DNA of 62,453 nucleotides, the filler included, from Dimargaris cristalligena (Eukaryota): assembly GCA_003614675.1 (NCBI GenBank). It is 11 parts of 11 records of this genome, joined end to end, with 100 filler letters (N's around TTAATTAATTAA, not from the genome) between each part and the next. Parts side by side here need not be neighbours in the genome. Positions count along the whole stretch, not along the records: positions 56,910 to 62,453 come from ML003613.1; 10 more parts are not named here. One strand, written 5' to 3'. Shown here piece after piece: positions 62,293 to 62,453 of this stretch. Below the pieces are notes generated by a model that saw only the letters and a list, made by a program, of their open reading frames with translations, was not told the origin of the DNA and searched no databases. Both the position numbers and the translations under genes were made by a program. How positions within the stretch are numbered: position 1 is the first letter of the stretch; each line of letters begins with the position of its first letter.

Positions 62293-62453
62293 ACTTTATA
62301 TTCTATTGTGGTGTGGCAGAATGACTAGTATAATAATAGGCGGGAATGCCTTATAGTCAAAAGATGTAGTAAAATCGAACCCAAGATAACTGTAGGTAAA
62401 ACTACCGGTACAGTTCAGAAGAATGAAAAAAGAGATGTTTTATTAAGAGTTGC

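Noticed and set aside
1-62453. A single biosynthetic or effector gene cluster linking the protease, lipase and peptide precursor
   Set aside because: These genes are on different contigs and their adjacency is artificial.

Overview
This window is not one locus. It is 11 unlinked ~5.6 kb contigs, roughly size-sorted and joined by an artificial 100-nt linker (44 N + TTAATTAATTAA + 44 N), so gene order across linkers means nothing. The DNA is eukaryotic (GT-AG introns, tRNA-Ser(AGA)) and looks fungal. AFG2B, WBP2, a PA-domain subtilase, a class-3 lipase and many orphan secreted genes suggest an early-diverging, possibly parasitic fungus (Zoopagomycota-like); this is inference only. Housekeeping genes are few: AFG2B/SPATA5L1, a RhoGEF fragment and WBP2. 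The rest resembles a repeat-rich effector compartment. The best candidates for something new are (1) a secreted precursor of six 32-aa repeats, each an acidic spacer plus a cationic amphipathic core; (2) signal-peptide proteins carrying normally intracellular modules (an F-box-like motif, a zinc finger); (3) a high-copy ~136-138 bp MITE with an ATAT target, one copy interrupting a C2H2 finger; (4) a ~580 bp solo-LTR family found twice as head-to-head pairs exactly 80 bp apart; (5) near-complete CpG erasure in old repeats, with pseudogenes beside them.
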